DNA from: a virus
Strand: one strand, 5' to 3'
IMG/VR virus record: IMGVR_UViG_3300045988_062804
Length of the DNA stretch: 64,000 bases
The position numbers and the translations under genes were made by a program. The notes beneath the pieces are model-generated. The model was not told the DNA's origin and searched no databases. It worked only from the letters and a program-made list of their open reading frames with translations. Below, one piece after another: positions 1-10,837 of this stretch (position 1 is the first letter of the stretch; every line of letters begins with the position of its first letter).

Positions 1-297
1 ACGTCCCTCAATGTAATTCTCAATAAACTGTGATTGATAATCTCCATTAACTGTATCATTGGTAGTATATCTCCAATCCTCAAAGTCATATGTTACGGCT
101 TCAATAAAATCACAATTACATGGTAGTGTAACTGTTAAGGTTTCACAATCTATCTTACACCTATATCTATATAGTTTAGTTTGTCTATTACCTATCTTAT
201 TCCAGGCAATTAAACCTATTTCCTCAAACTCTTCCGGAGCTAACTCTATTCCATATAATAGGTTAGCTTGAGCATATGCTGACCTAAAATCTTCCAT
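1..297 (-). CDS. hypothetical protein, N-terminal part only (gene continues past left edge)
   Basis: Minus-strand ATG at 297-295, 6 nt after the stop of gene 303..977. Open frame MEDFRSAYAQANLLYGIELAPEEFEE... has no stop down to position 1. It is absent from the ORF track because there is no stop in the window. Confidence 0.5.
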   Translation of the reverse strand, partial: MEDFRSAYAQANLLYGIELAPEEFEEIGLIAWNKIGNRQTKLYRYRCKIDCETLTVTLPCNCDFIEAVTYDFEDWRYTTNDTVNGDYQSQFIENYIEGR

Positions 298-302
298 ATA
301 AT

Positions 303-977
303 TTAACGAGGTGCTTGATTATTAGGTAATATAGGAGCTGCTAGCTGTCTATAATAGCGTAGCTTTTTCTCTGTTAATCTTTTCTTTATTTCAGCGTCGA
401 TGAAAGTCATATTATTAATGTCTAATGCAGAACAACATCCATAAGTTTGTAACTGACGTGGATCTTTGAATATACCTACCACAGATACTTGCTTTATAAC
501 TGGCAGATTGAATATCCAGCAATCATACATATTGTTGGCATTAGGAGTAACATCAATATATACATAGGGTCTATTCTTAGCCCTCTTTCTATATTTATGA
601 TACTGCATTACTGTTGGGCTTATGTACCATATAAATGGCTGACCTTTATCAACAGAACCTATATATTCAATTCCTCCTCCGAACTCAGTTAGTAACTGTG
701 GTATTTCAAAGTGGAATGTTGGCGTACCATCTGTTTTATTGCCACAGGTACAGCTCTCTATATCCTTACAGTCTACGTTGATACAATTAATAGACATTAA
801 TAAATCCCTCTTAGGAATAAGCCCTTTCATGGAATATTCCTTAATGATTTGCAATCTTTCATCTACAATATCATCTTCTAGTTGTTCTATTGATAATGTG
901 TTTGTAGTAGTATAACCTCTAAGTCCAGACACTATATCATTATAGATTGCAGATGCTAGTTTAAAATAATATCCCAT
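303..977 (-). CDS. hypothetical protein (late/structural module)
   Basis: 224-aa ORF packed tightly in the minus-strand operon. No recognisable motif. Confidence 0.6.
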   Translation of the reverse strand: MGYYFKLASAIYNDIVSGLRGYTTTNTLSIEQLEDDIVDERLQIIKEYSMKGLIPKRDLLMSINCINVDCKDIESCTCGNKTDGTPTFHFEIPQLLTEFGGGIEYIGSVDKGQPFIWYISPTVMQYHKYRKRAKNRPYVYIDVTPNANNMYDCWIFNLPVIKQVSVVGIFKDPRQLQTYGCCSALDINNMTFIDAEIKKRLTEKKLRYYRQLAAPILPNNQAPR

Positions 978-987
978 AAGTATAAAG

Positions 988-1020
988 TAAAAAAGGCGAA
1001 GGCTTAATTGCCCTCGCCTT
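988..1020 (-). terminator. rho-independent terminator after gene 1026..2147
   Basis: Hairpin AAGGCGAAGG / CCCTCGCCTT followed by a T-run on the minus strand, immediately 3' of the stop. Confidence 0.6.
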
Positions 1021-1025
1021 CAGTT

Positions 1026-2147
1026 TTAAGCATTTGCTTGAGTGACTGTAATTTCTTTAGCTGCTACAGCACCAGTTTCGTCCTTTACAGTAACCTTTAC
1101 TAATGCACTGCGAGATTTACCAGTTCCATTATCTGTACCAGTAATACCAACCTTAGTCGCACCAGGAGTTACAGTAATCCAATCTGCTTCTGTCTCTGCA
1201 TCTACCCATTTAACAGTTCCCTCTTCAATAGTAGGAGTTATTTCTTGTTTAGTACCAGCCTTTACAAGATTAATATCCTGAACTCCACTCTTAATAAAGA
1301 TAGGTTTCTTCTCTGTAGTTAGAGTACCCAGCACAGCTAATGCTGCTTCGAACTCTGCAGCGATAGACTCTAGTACATAGAATACATGAGTAGTTTTAGA
1401 TGTAACTTGCTGACCAACAGCAGCACCTCCGAATAGACCTCTATCTACTGTGTAGTAAATAGTATATTGGTTGTACTTCATTCCTGGGATAGGAAGTTCC
1501 TCTTGGTTTACAGCTTCAAATCTTCTAGCTTCAATAGTAGGTAATCTAAGGTCTTTTAGGATATGAGTATAAGTACCGAATCCTTCAACACTCTTAGTGA
1601 TTGTACCTTCGATAACATCCTCAAATACTTCATTAGTAAGTGGGTTGTTAGCAGCTACGTTAAGTTTTTGAATCTTAGCCTCAGTGAATAATTGATATTC
1701 GTCTACTCCGTGGATTATTAGCTTATCGCTATTAACCTCAGTCTTGATATATTTGTCACCATAGAAAGCCTGAATCTTATCAATAACTCTTTTAATTTCT
1801 TTAGCAACATCAGTTGCAGCAGTAGAACCAGAAGTAATTCTGAACTCGTAAACAAAAGGCTTACCTTTGAATACGAAGTCATTAGAGTAGTATGAGTTCT
1901 GGCTTCCAGATAATCTGATGTATAACTTCAACCTATAGATACCTACGCCTGGGTTAGTAATAGTGAACTCTGCCTTACCAATAACTGGGTCAGAAGCAGT
2001 TCTCTTATACATCGCACTTACGTTCTTCTTGAGGAATTTGTTTACACGTCTTACCTCAATCTCGTCTGAACCCTTAACGATTTTATCTAAACCAGTGGTT
2101 ACATCTTTCAGTGAGTTTAATACAATAGTGTTAGTGTACTGAAACAT
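1026..2147 (-). CDS. virion structural protein with C-terminal Ig-like domain (decoration or capsid-associated)
   Basis: 373 aa. The C-terminus (...WITVTPGATKVGITGTDNGTGKSRSALVKVTVKDETGAVAAKEITVTQA) looks like a bacterial Ig-like (Big/BACON-type) domain. It is followed by a strong terminator, as expected for a highly expressed structural gene. Confidence 0.5.
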   Translation of the reverse strand: MFQYTNTIVLNSLKDVTTGLDKIVKGSDEIEVRRVNKFLKKNVSAMYKRTASDPVIGKAEFTITNPGVGIYRLKLYIRLSGSQNSYYSNDFVFKGKPFVYEFRITSGSTAATDVAKEIKRVIDKIQAFYGDKYIKTEVNSDKLIIHGVDEYQLFTEAKIQKLNVAANNPLTNEVFEDVIEGTITKSVEGFGTYTHILKDLRLPTIEARRFEAVNQEELPIPGMKYNQYTIYYTVDRGLFGGAAVGQQVTSKTTHVFYVLESIAAEFEAALAVLGTLTTEKKPIFIKSGVQDINLVKAGTKQEITPTIEEGTVKWVDAETEADWITVTPGATKVGITGTDNGTGKSRSALVKVTVKDETGAVAAKEITVTQANA

Positions 2148-2155
2148 AAATTAAA

Positions 2156-3106
2156 TTATTTTTTGGTTTGTGACTGTTGCTGAGCTGGATTTGCAATAGT
2201 CTGATTAACTGCTAAATTAGTTTGAAGCCTTGGGTCACCTGCGTTCTCCAATAATAGCTTTGCCAGCTCATTTATAATCTCTTGACACACATAATCTGGA
2301 AACTCCATGACTTGTGATGTATCTTCAACCATTTCAATCTGGTCTTGTGTTAGTCTAATTTTTTGAGGAGTCTTAATGTAATCAACAAATATATCAGTTA
2401 ATTGAAATACAGAAGAATCCTTGCCATACCTAATTTCAAGTCTAACTTGAGATGGATTTCCATACCTATTAACTCCTGGCTGTTCTACTAAATCTACTGA
2501 TTTACCTCCAATAGTAATTTTAGTTGGAAGTGAACCATCTGTACCAGTAGTTTGCTGAATAGTTGTGTTTGGTGATATACTTCCCTCTCCAGCAGTAAGT
2601 CTTACTGGATTAGTAGGCATTGTCGTAGCACTATTTACGTTGTGTATGAAGTAATAAGGATTTCTATAAGAGGGTTGCATATAGAAGTTCCTTATTATCT
2701 GTGACCAAAGGTCTGAGGTTAAACGCTTAGCACCAATTTGTACATAAGTACCAGCGTCATAGCACTCGTATGTCTTTACTACTTTGAAATTGCATACACA
2801 ATTCAAAATATGTAAATAATCCAATGGGAGATTTACTTCATAAACAGCCCCATACAGTGAGTTAGTTTGAGAACTAACAGCAGCGTATGTATTTGTAGCC
2901 AGAGTAGGCTGGAGGATGGCAGTAGATTTTAAAACTCTAATGTCATCTGTTGATTGTTGATTTACATCATAAATGTTGTACTTCTTATTAATGTATTGGT
3001 ATATCGCCTTATTTAATAAGTAGTTAAAGTCCTCAAGTAAAATACTTGGAGCAGCAGTCTTATTCATTTCAACTAATGCTCCTCTGTATACTTGTTTCGC
3101 TGTCAT
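2156..3106 (-). CDS. hypothetical head-module protein
   Basis: 316-aa ORF in the operon downstream of the putative capsid gene. Confidence 0.55.
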   Translation of the reverse strand: MTAKQVYRGALVEMNKTAAPSILLEDFNYLLNKAIYQYINKKYNIYDVNQQSTDDIRVLKSTAILQPTLATNTYAAVSSQTNSLYGAVYEVNLPLDYLHILNCVCNFKVVKTYECYDAGTYVQIGAKRLTSDLWSQIIRNFYMQPSYRNPYYFIHNVNSATTMPTNPVRLTAGEGSISPNTTIQQTTGTDGSLPTKITIGGKSVDLVEQPGVNRYGNPSQVRLEIRYGKDSSVFQLTDIFVDYIKTPQKIRLTQDQIEMVEDTSQVMEFPDYVCQEIINELAKLLLENAGDPRLQTNLAVNQTIANPAQQQSQTKK

Positions 3107-3116
3107 TTAGGTAATG

Positions 3117-3953
3117 TTATTTCTTAGATGCACTTTCTTCTAAGTACATATCGGGATAAGTATCTCTCTTAATAAGTTCAAGTACCTTACTGTTAGTAGG
3201 GTTCTTCATCCAAGTGATTACTGCATCGTCAGTTGCACCTAATACAATGCTATCACCATATAGATAAACCTTATTCTTAACGTATATGACATTCTTGTCT
3301 TTAGCGTCAATAAACATCAATCTCAGATTAATATCTCCACCAGTGTACAGGTCAATAATCTTCTCTGGAGATTTATGTGATATTTCAAGCAAGTAGTCTG
3401 TAATATCTGCGTCTGGTGCGTTACGCATATTCTTGCCAAGCAATCTAGCTTTAAGTGCTCTACCTTCTGCACCTTTAGGGTCACCATAGATGTAAGAGTC
3501 AGCATCATGGATAAGTTTCTTCTTAGAGATTCTCTTAGCAGTATCATATCCAGGTCTTTCTACATATAGTTCAGCTGTACCATAACGAGCACGAGCCTTA
3601 CCCTCAGCTATTTCACCATCAATTAGTAAATTTCCTTTAGAGTCCCTTGCATCTCTTGATAATGCAATAAGAGGACAATGTTGTATTGAGTGCCACTCAG
3701 CAGCCTGCCATTCATCATTTAGGTTAAATGTAGTACCATCTTCAATGATGAACACTTTATTCTCAGGAATAAGTGGTTTACCTTCATTTCTATCCTTATC
3801 AGAGATAATCATATCACCCTTACTATCTACTGGTCTCACGCAGTCAGGGAATCTACCAGTTCTTGGGTCCCTAACAGGATTCATGAAGTACTTCTGTCCA
3901 ACTTTACCGAACACACTTCTTAAAATAATTATATCGTCTAAAACATCAGCCAT
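3117..3953 (-). CDS. hypothetical head-module protein
   Basis: 278-aa ORF. No motif recognised. Confidence 0.55.
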   Translation of the reverse strand: MADVLDDIIILRSVFGKVGQKYFMNPVRDPRTGRFPDCVRPVDSKGDMIISDKDRNEGKPLIPENKVFIIEDGTTFNLNDEWQAAEWHSIQHCPLIALSRDARDSKGNLLIDGEIAEGKARARYGTAELYVERPGYDTAKRISKKKLIHDADSYIYGDPKGAEGRALKARLLGKNMRNAPDADITDYLLEISHKSPEKIIDLYTGGDINLRLMFIDAKDKNVIYVKNKVYLYGDSIVLGATDDAVITWMKNPTNSKVLELIKRDTYPDMYLEESASKK

Positions 3954-4056
3954 ATTAATTCGTATTTTTATTGTATATCATACATCATCTTTATAATGAG
4001 TATGAGAGGGACTATAGATTAGCCCCTCCCAACACATCTTGATTATATGTTTTTTA

Positions 4057-5478
4057 TTACGCTTCTTTCATAATGAAGCTTCTGTATGGAGAGAATACTC
4101 CAACACCAGAATAACCCCAGTTGATTACCTTAGATGCAGCTGTAGTACTTGAAACGATACCAGAGCTTAGACCATCTAAACCACCAACACCAGGATACTT
4201 GTTAGTAATGAAGTCACCACCCTTTAATGTGAACATTTGGATAGCTGGTTCACCGCTAGTCTTATCAGCAGTAAGGTCAAGCATTAGACCAAAGCCCTTC
4301 TCAGAACCCCATTCACGAGAGAATGTTCTGTCCACCTTGAATGAAATAGTGTTACCACCTATTTCATAACTATTGAATGTAGCACCAACGTCTACATATC
4401 CGTTAGCCTTCTTAGACCATAGATAAGTACCACAAGTTTTGAATCTTGCAAGCCACTCTGATAGGCAGCTTTGGATGTCATTCCACATCTTCTCGTTACA
4501 GATGAATACATACTTATTACCAGTTGGGTTTTCACTCTTCTCATTCATCATAGCCATAGCTGTAGTGAACGCTTCTGGAGTAAGTTTATTGTAAACATAC
4601 TTAGATGCAAATCTTTCGATTTGTGGGATGATACCGTCACCAATGTAGATTGGACGACCAGTGTCAGGGTCAGAGATTGTCGGTTTACCATTCTTATCTA
4701 CGTTAGTCTTATTGAATAATAGACCTTGGTTACGAACTTCCAAGAAGTTTCTTAATAGATTCTTCTCAAGGGTATCCATCTTGTACATTGTTTCCTTAAC
4801 AGCACCATTGCCTTCACCCTTACCAATGCTGATAAATGTTTGCTCTAGTGGCTTGAATAGAGAAGTATAGCTGTCATCAACACGGTGTGTAGTGATGTAA
4901 CCTCTATGTCTCTCAATGTTAGATTGATACTTAACATAACCCTCTTCGTGTGCCTCAGGCATAGCGTTAGATTGGAATCTTGTAGTGTCACCAATCTGGC
5001 ATCCGTCTAGGTCTAGGATTGAAGAATAGTCGTTATCAATTAGTCTTACTTCAACAGTCCAATAATTATCTGCAACTCTTGTAGGTCTGGAGATAACTTG
5101 GCATTGCTGCATTGTTTTGTCAATCTTAAAAATGTCATACTTCTGGTAATAGTTCTCTTTGAAAGCCATTACGATGGTTGTACCACCTTCACCATTAGTT
5201 GCTGGAACATCTGCGAACTCAACCCTCTTGATGTAGTTGGTTTCAACTTCCCACTCGAAGTACATACTATCAATACTTCTATATTTGCTATTTGACTTAG
5301 AATCCATGTAGAAGATGTTTCTTAGAGATTCTGTCAAGTAAGAAGCAGTTAGGTTAGGGTAGAGTCTTGAAACTATACCAAGTCTAGTTGGTTTTGTGCC
5401 TAAGAACTTATAGAAATCTTCATAAGTTCTAGTTTCGCTCATTGTAGGGCGATTGGTTACGAAATTTGCTACTATCAT
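4057..5478 (-). CDS. putative major capsid protein
   Basis: 473 aa, directly downstream of a highly acidic scaffold-like gene. Size and position fit an HK97-fold MCP. No direct homology check was possible. Confidence 0.5.
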   Translation of the reverse strand: MIVANFVTNRPTMSETRTYEDFYKFLGTKPTRLGIVSRLYPNLTASYLTESLRNIFYMDSKSNSKYRSIDSMYFEWEVETNYIKRVEFADVPATNGEGGTTIVMAFKENYYQKYDIFKIDKTMQQCQVISRPTRVADNYWTVEVRLIDNDYSSILDLDGCQIGDTTRFQSNAMPEAHEEGYVKYQSNIERHRGYITTHRVDDSYTSLFKPLEQTFISIGKGEGNGAVKETMYKMDTLEKNLLRNFLEVRNQGLLFNKTNVDKNGKPTISDPDTGRPIYIGDGIIPQIERFASKYVYNKLTPEAFTTAMAMMNEKSENPTGNKYVFICNEKMWNDIQSCLSEWLARFKTCGTYLWSKKANGYVDVGATFNSYEIGGNTISFKVDRTFSREWGSEKGFGLMLDLTADKTSGEPAIQMFTLKGGDFITNKYPGVGGLDGLSSGIVSSTTAASKVINWGYSGVGVFSPYRSFIMKEA

Positions 5479-5494
5479 ACTTTATAATTTAAAT

Positions 5495-6586
5495 TTAATC
5501 TAAATCATCAATTGTTAATACTTTCTTAGCAGGGGCAGCCTTACTACCTGCTGGTTTTTTGACCACTATCTTAGCTGCATTTGGAGCTTTACCTCCTTTA
5601 GCATCCTCAAATCCTTTATTATAATTGTATTTGGATGCTTCTGTAATCTTCTGTTTGTAATAATCAGAAATTTGACTAAACGCCTCCTGTCCTTTAAGTG
5701 CATACCAAACCATACCCACCAAGGTCTTAGGGTCATTCAATGCTTTAGCAATGTGTCTCACTCCTGCAACATCTGAATCTAAGATAAAGCTAGCAATTTC
5801 ATTCATATCGTCCTCAGACAAGGTTAGTGAGGACTCACCCAAGTCAATGGTATCATTCTCTTGAATTGCAGCTACAATAGTATCTTCGAACTCTTGAGCA
5901 GCTTTCTCTGCTGCTAATCTTTGTTCTTCTTCCTCTTGTTGAGCTAGCAACTCTTCTTTCTTCTTATACTCGTTGCGGATACCTTGAACCTTCTTCTGAT
6001 ATAATACTTCGTGCTGTTTAGCTAATTCTAATTCAGCAGCAGCATCTTCGTCAGTAAGCTCTGGGATTTTAGCTTTTAAATCTATAAGATACAGTTCATC
6101 ATCTGGAATGGAATCAACCTCATAGGTAGGAGTTTCTGAATCATTACTAGCTAAGTACTCTTGAATAGCTTGTTGAGCAATATATTTCTTATATTCCTCT
6201 GCACTCAGATTGTTCTCTCTTAACTCGTTAATAAGGCTAACCTCATCTTCTGCTAAACCATAATCGTCATTTGACTCATCATAATTTAGGATTTGAAGCT
6301 GCTCTTCTCTTGAAAGCTCATTAAAACTCTTCTCTTCGATTTCTCCTGTTTCACTCTCGAATTTGATAGCTTCAGGATTGATTCCTTTATCTTTTAGTAG
6401 GGCAACGATAATGTCCTCGTCTTCTGTCTCATTAGTTAGCTCATCCTCGTGAACTTCCTCGTCTTGTGGTACAGAACCATCAAGCCACGGCTTCTCATAG
6501 GTGTCCTCGTCAAACCCGGCTTCGTGAGTTACGTCTTCGTCTAATCCTACATCGTCAATGTCTAAATCCTCTAATTTCATATCCAT
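5495..6586 (-). CDS. acidic coiled-coil protein, putative scaffolding protein
   Basis: Extremely D/E-rich with predicted coiled coils, sitting just upstream of the putative MCP. The track ORF starts at 6676, but that extension runs through a hairpin (AGGGGTGT / ACACCCCT, about 6629..6680) following the amidase gene. The start at M31 (MDMKLEDL, ATG at 6586) is preferred. Confidence 0.5.
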   Translation of the reverse strand: MDMKLEDLDIDDVGLDEDVTHEAGFDEDTYEKPWLDGSVPQDEEVHEDELTNETEDEDIIVALLKDKGINPEAIKFESETGEIEEKSFNELSREEQLQILNYDESNDDYGLAEDEVSLINELRENNLSAEEYKKYIAQQAIQEYLASNDSETPTYEVDSIPDDELYLIDLKAKIPELTDEDAAAELELAKQHEVLYQKKVQGIRNEYKKKEELLAQQEEEEQRLAAEKAAQEFEDTIVAAIQENDTIDLGESSLTLSEDDMNEIASFILDSDVAGVRHIAKALNDPKTLVGMVWYALKGQEAFSQISDYYKQKITEASKYNYNKGFEDAKGGKAPNAAKIVVKKPAGSKAAPAKKVLTIDDLD

Positions 6587-6685
6587 ATTATTCCCTTTTA
6601 AAGTTATTTGCAAAATTAAGGAAATTTTAGGGGTGTCCAAAATGAAATACTGAAATTCATTAATATTTGAGAACACCCCTAATTA

Positions 6686-7279
6686 TTATCCTTGTATTGC
6701 CTTGATATAATCCAATATACCCTGTACGTGCAGGCGAGCTATAGTTGCTCTACCCTCATCTGATAGTAGGTACTCTACGTCTACCTTATTATCTTGAAAC
6801 AGATTCTCTGTTAAAACTGCTGGGCATTTAGTCTCCCTACATATAGCTAGATTCTGCTTCCAATATACTTGTGTTTGTGAATATTTCCTTAGTGTTAAAC
6901 CCTCTTTACGTGCTGCTTCAAACAAGCACTCTGCCAGTCTCTTACTCTTACTTGAGCTATTGTTGGAGATGAATACACTCCAACCTTTAGCGTTCATCCA
7001 ATCTGCCCCGCTACCAGCAGCATTACAGTGAATCGACACCAATACAGTATTAGCTTTTCCATGTGTATCACAGTATTGGTTTACTATTCGGCATCTTTGC
7101 ATAAGTGGTACATCTACATCATCTGTAACTACCAACTCAACATTAAAGCCTTTATCAGTTAATTGTTTCTTTACCTCGTTAGCAATCTCTCTGCAATATT
7201 TATACTCCCTAAGTCTTCCGTCTGGACTTCTTTTACCTGGAGTAGACTCTCCGTGACCTGCATCTAATAGAATTATCAT
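6686..7279 (-). CDS. N-acetylmuramoyl-L-alanine amidase (Amidase_3-type endolysin)
   Basis: Contains the motifs ILLDAGHGESTPGKRSP and SIHCNAAG, typical of zinc amidase_3 (CwlD/AmiC-like) enzymes. Confidence 0.75.
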   Translation of the reverse strand: MIILLDAGHGESTPGKRSPDGRLREYKYCREIANEVKKQLTDKGFNVELVVTDDVDVPLMQRCRIVNQYCDTHGKANTVLVSIHCNAAGSGADWMNAKGWSVFISNNSSSKSKRLAECLFEAARKEGLTLRKYSQTQVYWKQNLAICRETKCPAVLTENLFQDNKVDVEYLLSDEGRATIARLHVQGILDYIKAIQG

Positions 7280-7623
7280 AGTTTACTAAATTTTAGACAA
7301 GTGTCAAGAGTTGATAATGTTATCTTCCCCTCGCTGTCAAGCTCTTGTATTCTCTTCTTTATAATTCCAAGTTGAGAATAATTAATGTCTATTTCCTTTT
7401 GTATATCTTTACTTGGATTCCATTTAATTTGACCACCATCCTCTTTATACTGTATCTCATCCTTCTCCTCATCTGTAAATCTTAGTGACTTTACTAACTC
7501 TACAATTTCAACTAAGTCACTCATATTGCCTGCTGTAGGAAGCATAGCAATTATAGTTAGCCTATCTCTAATACTTAAGTTTACAACCATAATATTACGT
7601 ATGAAAATCCATAACCAATCCAT
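7276..7623 (-). CDS. hypothetical protein
   Basis: 115-aa ORF whose stop overlaps the amidase start (translational coupling). Confidence 0.5.
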   Translation of the reverse strand: MDWLWIFIRNIMVVNLSIRDRLTIIAMLPTAGNMSDLVEIVELVKSLRFTDEEKDEIQYKEDGGQIKWNPSKDIQKEIDINYSQLGIIKKRIQELDSEGKITLSTLDTCLKFSKL

Positions 7624-10600
7624 CTCTTACTGTAAGATAAACGTGTCCTCTACCAGATACCTTATACGTACCAGAACGGGGAATATTTAGTTTAGGTTTA
7701 CCGTCTGCCTCATAACCTTCTACAAACCCAAACCCTTCAGCATACGTTCTTTTTGTACTAAGTGAGAACCCATCGAACCATGCTGCCCATACTTCACCTT
7801 TACCTGGGTATCTAGCAGTCTTCTCTGAATTTACTGATGTAAATATTCCTGCACCCATCATAGTAAATACCATAATAGGCATAGCCCATACTCCAGTCTG
7901 GATTTTAATGCAAGTTTCCCAATCATTTCCAATCCAGCTATAATTAACAGATGCCCATCCAAGCTCTATCTTCTTGTCTGTACCACCTCCGTAGTCAAAT
8001 GTTTCCCACTCTAACCTGTTACTTCCATCTTTGTTGAGCTTAAATCCCCCAATCTGTCCATCATAAGCTGTGATGTCCCAGCATTTGATGTTAGTTGCCC
8101 TAACTTTCTTGAAGTCACAATCTTGTGCCCATATGTTTCCGTATTTACTAACTGTGAAGAATGGCTGGAACTCACCATCCACCTCGTGACCAACACTTAA
8201 TCCTCTTGATTGAATCCAACCATTAACGTCTAAAACTGCCTCTATGAATTGCCCATTATCATTAAATAGTCCACCTAGGGTCATAGCCTTGTTATCAGCT
8301 ATATTAAACCTAAATTGGTCAGCATTCATGTAAATCTCGGTCTTGTTCCTGTAAGTAGGATTGCCATTCTCGTCTAGAATAGGTTCACCTTCAAGATTTA
8401 AAGCTGGTACTTGGTCAATAGTCCCATCTTTGTTAACTACATCCCTAATTTCTAAACCTGCATTCCTAAACTTCAATAATATACTCTCTTCTGAGAAGTC
8501 CACTATAGAAGTGCCATTATTAAGGTAGAACTCTCCAGTTAAGAATACATTCTCACCGTATAACCCAAATCCATATGGCTGTTTATTACCAAAGATTTCA
8601 TTATAGATTCCATCTAGGTTTCCTACCCTTACTCTTGTTGTTTTAGTGTAAGCGTGCCTATACTTACCATCTTTTACAACTAACTCTGAGTCCTTAGTTG
8701 GATAAAGAGTGCCATAGTACTCCTTGCTCCCAATTCTGATGGGAGTTATATAATCTACATTACTAGGGGGCTGGTTCTCTTGCAGATAGTAATTATACTT
8801 TATTCCATTATACTTAAACGTGGTACCATCTTGCCTATATATATACTCGTGTCTCCTATAGATTGGAATATCATACAGTACTGAGTAGTCAGGTCTATTT
8901 AGACCACTAATTACGTCAATAAACGGACCATCATCATCACATGAGGTTAAATAGATAGCATTTTGTCTTTGCACATCATAAATGTTGCCCATCTGAATCA
9001 TATCATCACCAGGGGCTATATCATCTACTCTAGCTTCTGTGGTTTTAGATGAGGAGTTCGATTCCAGTCTACCCGTGATTGGATTATAACTCTTCTCAGT
9101 CTTAGTATACTGAGTAGTATTATATTCTTCTTTATAATCCTTAACTGAACCATTCTCGTTATAATGTATCTCAGTATACTTATCGAATACTGAAACTGCT
9201 TTCTGAACTATAAACTGTCTTGTCCCTATTTGTGTTAGTACTATAGCATCATAGTACTTTATGTTGCCATTAGTATATTTTTGACATCTAATAATGTCGC
9301 CAGCCTTGAACATTGGATATTCATCACCATCAGTATTTACAATCCACAAATTAGGCACTGTAGCTGTAGGTACGTACCCATTATCAAACTCTGAGTTTGA
9401 TTCCTGTATGGCAGAGTTTATTATAGATGTTTCAAGAGCGAAATACTTGTAGTAAGGATATATTTGGAATATATACCTACGTGCCTCCCCTTGTGAGGTA
9501 GCCTGCTCATATAAGTCCGTGTATAACTTACCAGAAGTTGGCTCAATACCCTTAGGTATCATAAATAACGGAAACTTTTTATCAAAAGTATCTCTATACT
9601 CCCATTCTATAGGTTCTGTACCTTCATCCCATTGTCCTTCATTACCTCCCCATTTAGTTACTACTATCTCTTTACTAATGTAATATAAACTTATGCAACT
9701 GAGAAGTGCTGTGTGATTTGCATCACCACTAGATGATGTTAATAAAGCTTCATCATACAATGTTTGCATTCCCTTAAATAGAGGATTATTAACTAAACCC
9801 ACAGGGTCCTTTACATGTATAATAAACTTATAGTTTACGAATGCCTTACTATTCCTATTTATCTCACTTGGTCCTGATAGCTCAGAAGTTAGCGAGATTG
9901 TACTCTCGATATTTGTCCCATTACTAGGAATTGGTAAATAGTATGTATTGCTCTTGATAATCTTAAGAGCTGCGTCTTTATTTTCTGCTGAGCCTGTCCA
10001 GGATGCAATACTCCTTAGTTCTTTATCAGTTAATATAGTGGGTTGCACAGCAGACTCACATTTACTGGAATTACTAACCCATATACTTCCATTAGTAGCA
10101 CTAATCTTGTTGATTACCATCTCATATACTTTCATAGCCTTGCGAACTACAAGATAGTCAATGGTTAACGTATTAGTGTCTGCGTCAAGTCTCCAACCAT
10201 AGCCACCAAACCCTGATGCAAACTCTGGGGAGGTAATACTTCTACTTGTTACTAAATCTCCATACATTCGGACATTCTCCTTAAAAGTCCAGTTATTCTC
10301 TGACACACCTTTGCCCTTAAATGTCCAATTACCTGTAATGTATTCATCTACTTTCTTCTTAGCCAAATCATCTGCGGAGTAACCACCTATAAATTCGGCA
10401 TTTAGATTGTTTACCAACTTAGAAGAAGCCACTATTAAAGGAGGACCAACAGTGTTAATTTCTAACTGTCCTGTCATTGTGTCTCCCTTACGCCTTACAT
10501 ATCCATCACCAGCACCTTCTGCTGCCTCTATTAGGGCTACATATCTCTCATCATAAGAAATATATAGGGTAGTTGTAAGTGTATTATAAATGAAGAATCC

Positions 10601-10837
10601 ATCTCCAGGATACTCCATCTGCTCCATCTCAAGTAAGCTCCCAACTATAATAGTCTGGCTTTTAATTTCTGACTCAGTAGCCTTGTCAAGTAATGCTAAT
10701 ACATCACTTAGAGCTCTTGAATTATTACCAGTCTTTATGTAGACCTTCCCAAGAGTTTCAAGTACTAAATCAGTGTACTTATTACCAACTATAACTTTAT
10801 CACCCCCTAAGAATGACTCTGTTCTAATGTTGTCCAT
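7595..10837 (-). CDS. large tail / tail-fibre-like structural protein
   Basis: 1080 aa. Contains the tail-fibre signature RKGDTMTGQLEIN that also recurs in the 1786-aa fibre. Located in the tail module. Confidence 0.55.
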   Translation of the reverse strand: MDNIRTESFLGGDKVIVGNKYTDLVLETLGKVYIKTGNNSRALSDVLALLDKATESEIKSQTIIVGSLLEMEQMEYPGDGFFIYNTLTTTLYISYDERYVALIEAAEGAGDGYVRRKGDTMTGQLEINTVGPPLIVASSKLVNNLNAEFIGGYSADDLAKKKVDEYITGNWTFKGKGVSENNWTFKENVRMYGDLVTSRSITSPEFASGFGGYGWRLDADTNTLTIDYLVVRKAMKVYEMVINKISATNGSIWVSNSSKCESAVQPTILTDKELRSIASWTGSAENKDAALKIIKSNTYYLPIPSNGTNIESTISLTSELSGPSEINRNSKAFVNYKFIIHVKDPVGLVNNPLFKGMQTLYDEALLTSSSGDANHTALLSCISLYYISKEIVVTKWGGNEGQWDEGTEPIEWEYRDTFDKKFPLFMIPKGIEPTSGKLYTDLYEQATSQGEARRYIFQIYPYYKYFALETSIINSAIQESNSEFDNGYVPTATVPNLWIVNTDGDEYPMFKAGDIIRCQKYTNGNIKYYDAIVLTQIGTRQFIVQKAVSVFDKYTEIHYNENGSVKDYKEEYNTTQYTKTEKSYNPITGRLESNSSSKTTEARVDDIAPGDDMIQMGNIYDVQRQNAIYLTSCDDDGPFIDVISGLNRPDYSVLYDIPIYRRHEYIYRQDGTTFKYNGIKYNYYLQENQPPSNVDYITPIRIGSKEYYGTLYPTKDSELVVKDGKYRHAYTKTTRVRVGNLDGIYNEIFGNKQPYGFGLYGENVFLTGEFYLNNGTSIVDFSEESILLKFRNAGLEIRDVVNKDGTIDQVPALNLEGEPILDENGNPTYRNKTEIYMNADQFRFNIADNKAMTLGGLFNDNGQFIEAVLDVNGWIQSRGLSVGHEVDGEFQPFFTVSKYGNIWAQDCDFKKVRATNIKCWDITAYDGQIGGFKLNKDGSNRLEWETFDYGGGTDKKIELGWASVNYSWIGNDWETCIKIQTGVWAMPIMVFTMMGAGIFTSVNSEKTARYPGKGEVWAAWFDGFSLSTKRTYAEGFGFVEGYEADGKPKLNIPRSGTYKVSGRGHVYLTVRDGLVMDFHT

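Noticed and set aside
59-271. 70-aa plus-strand ORF at the left edge
   Set aside because: It lies antisense to a better-supported minus-strand gene (ATG at 297, open to position 1) that continues the operon. Its hydrophobic, low-complexity product is typical of antisense artefacts.
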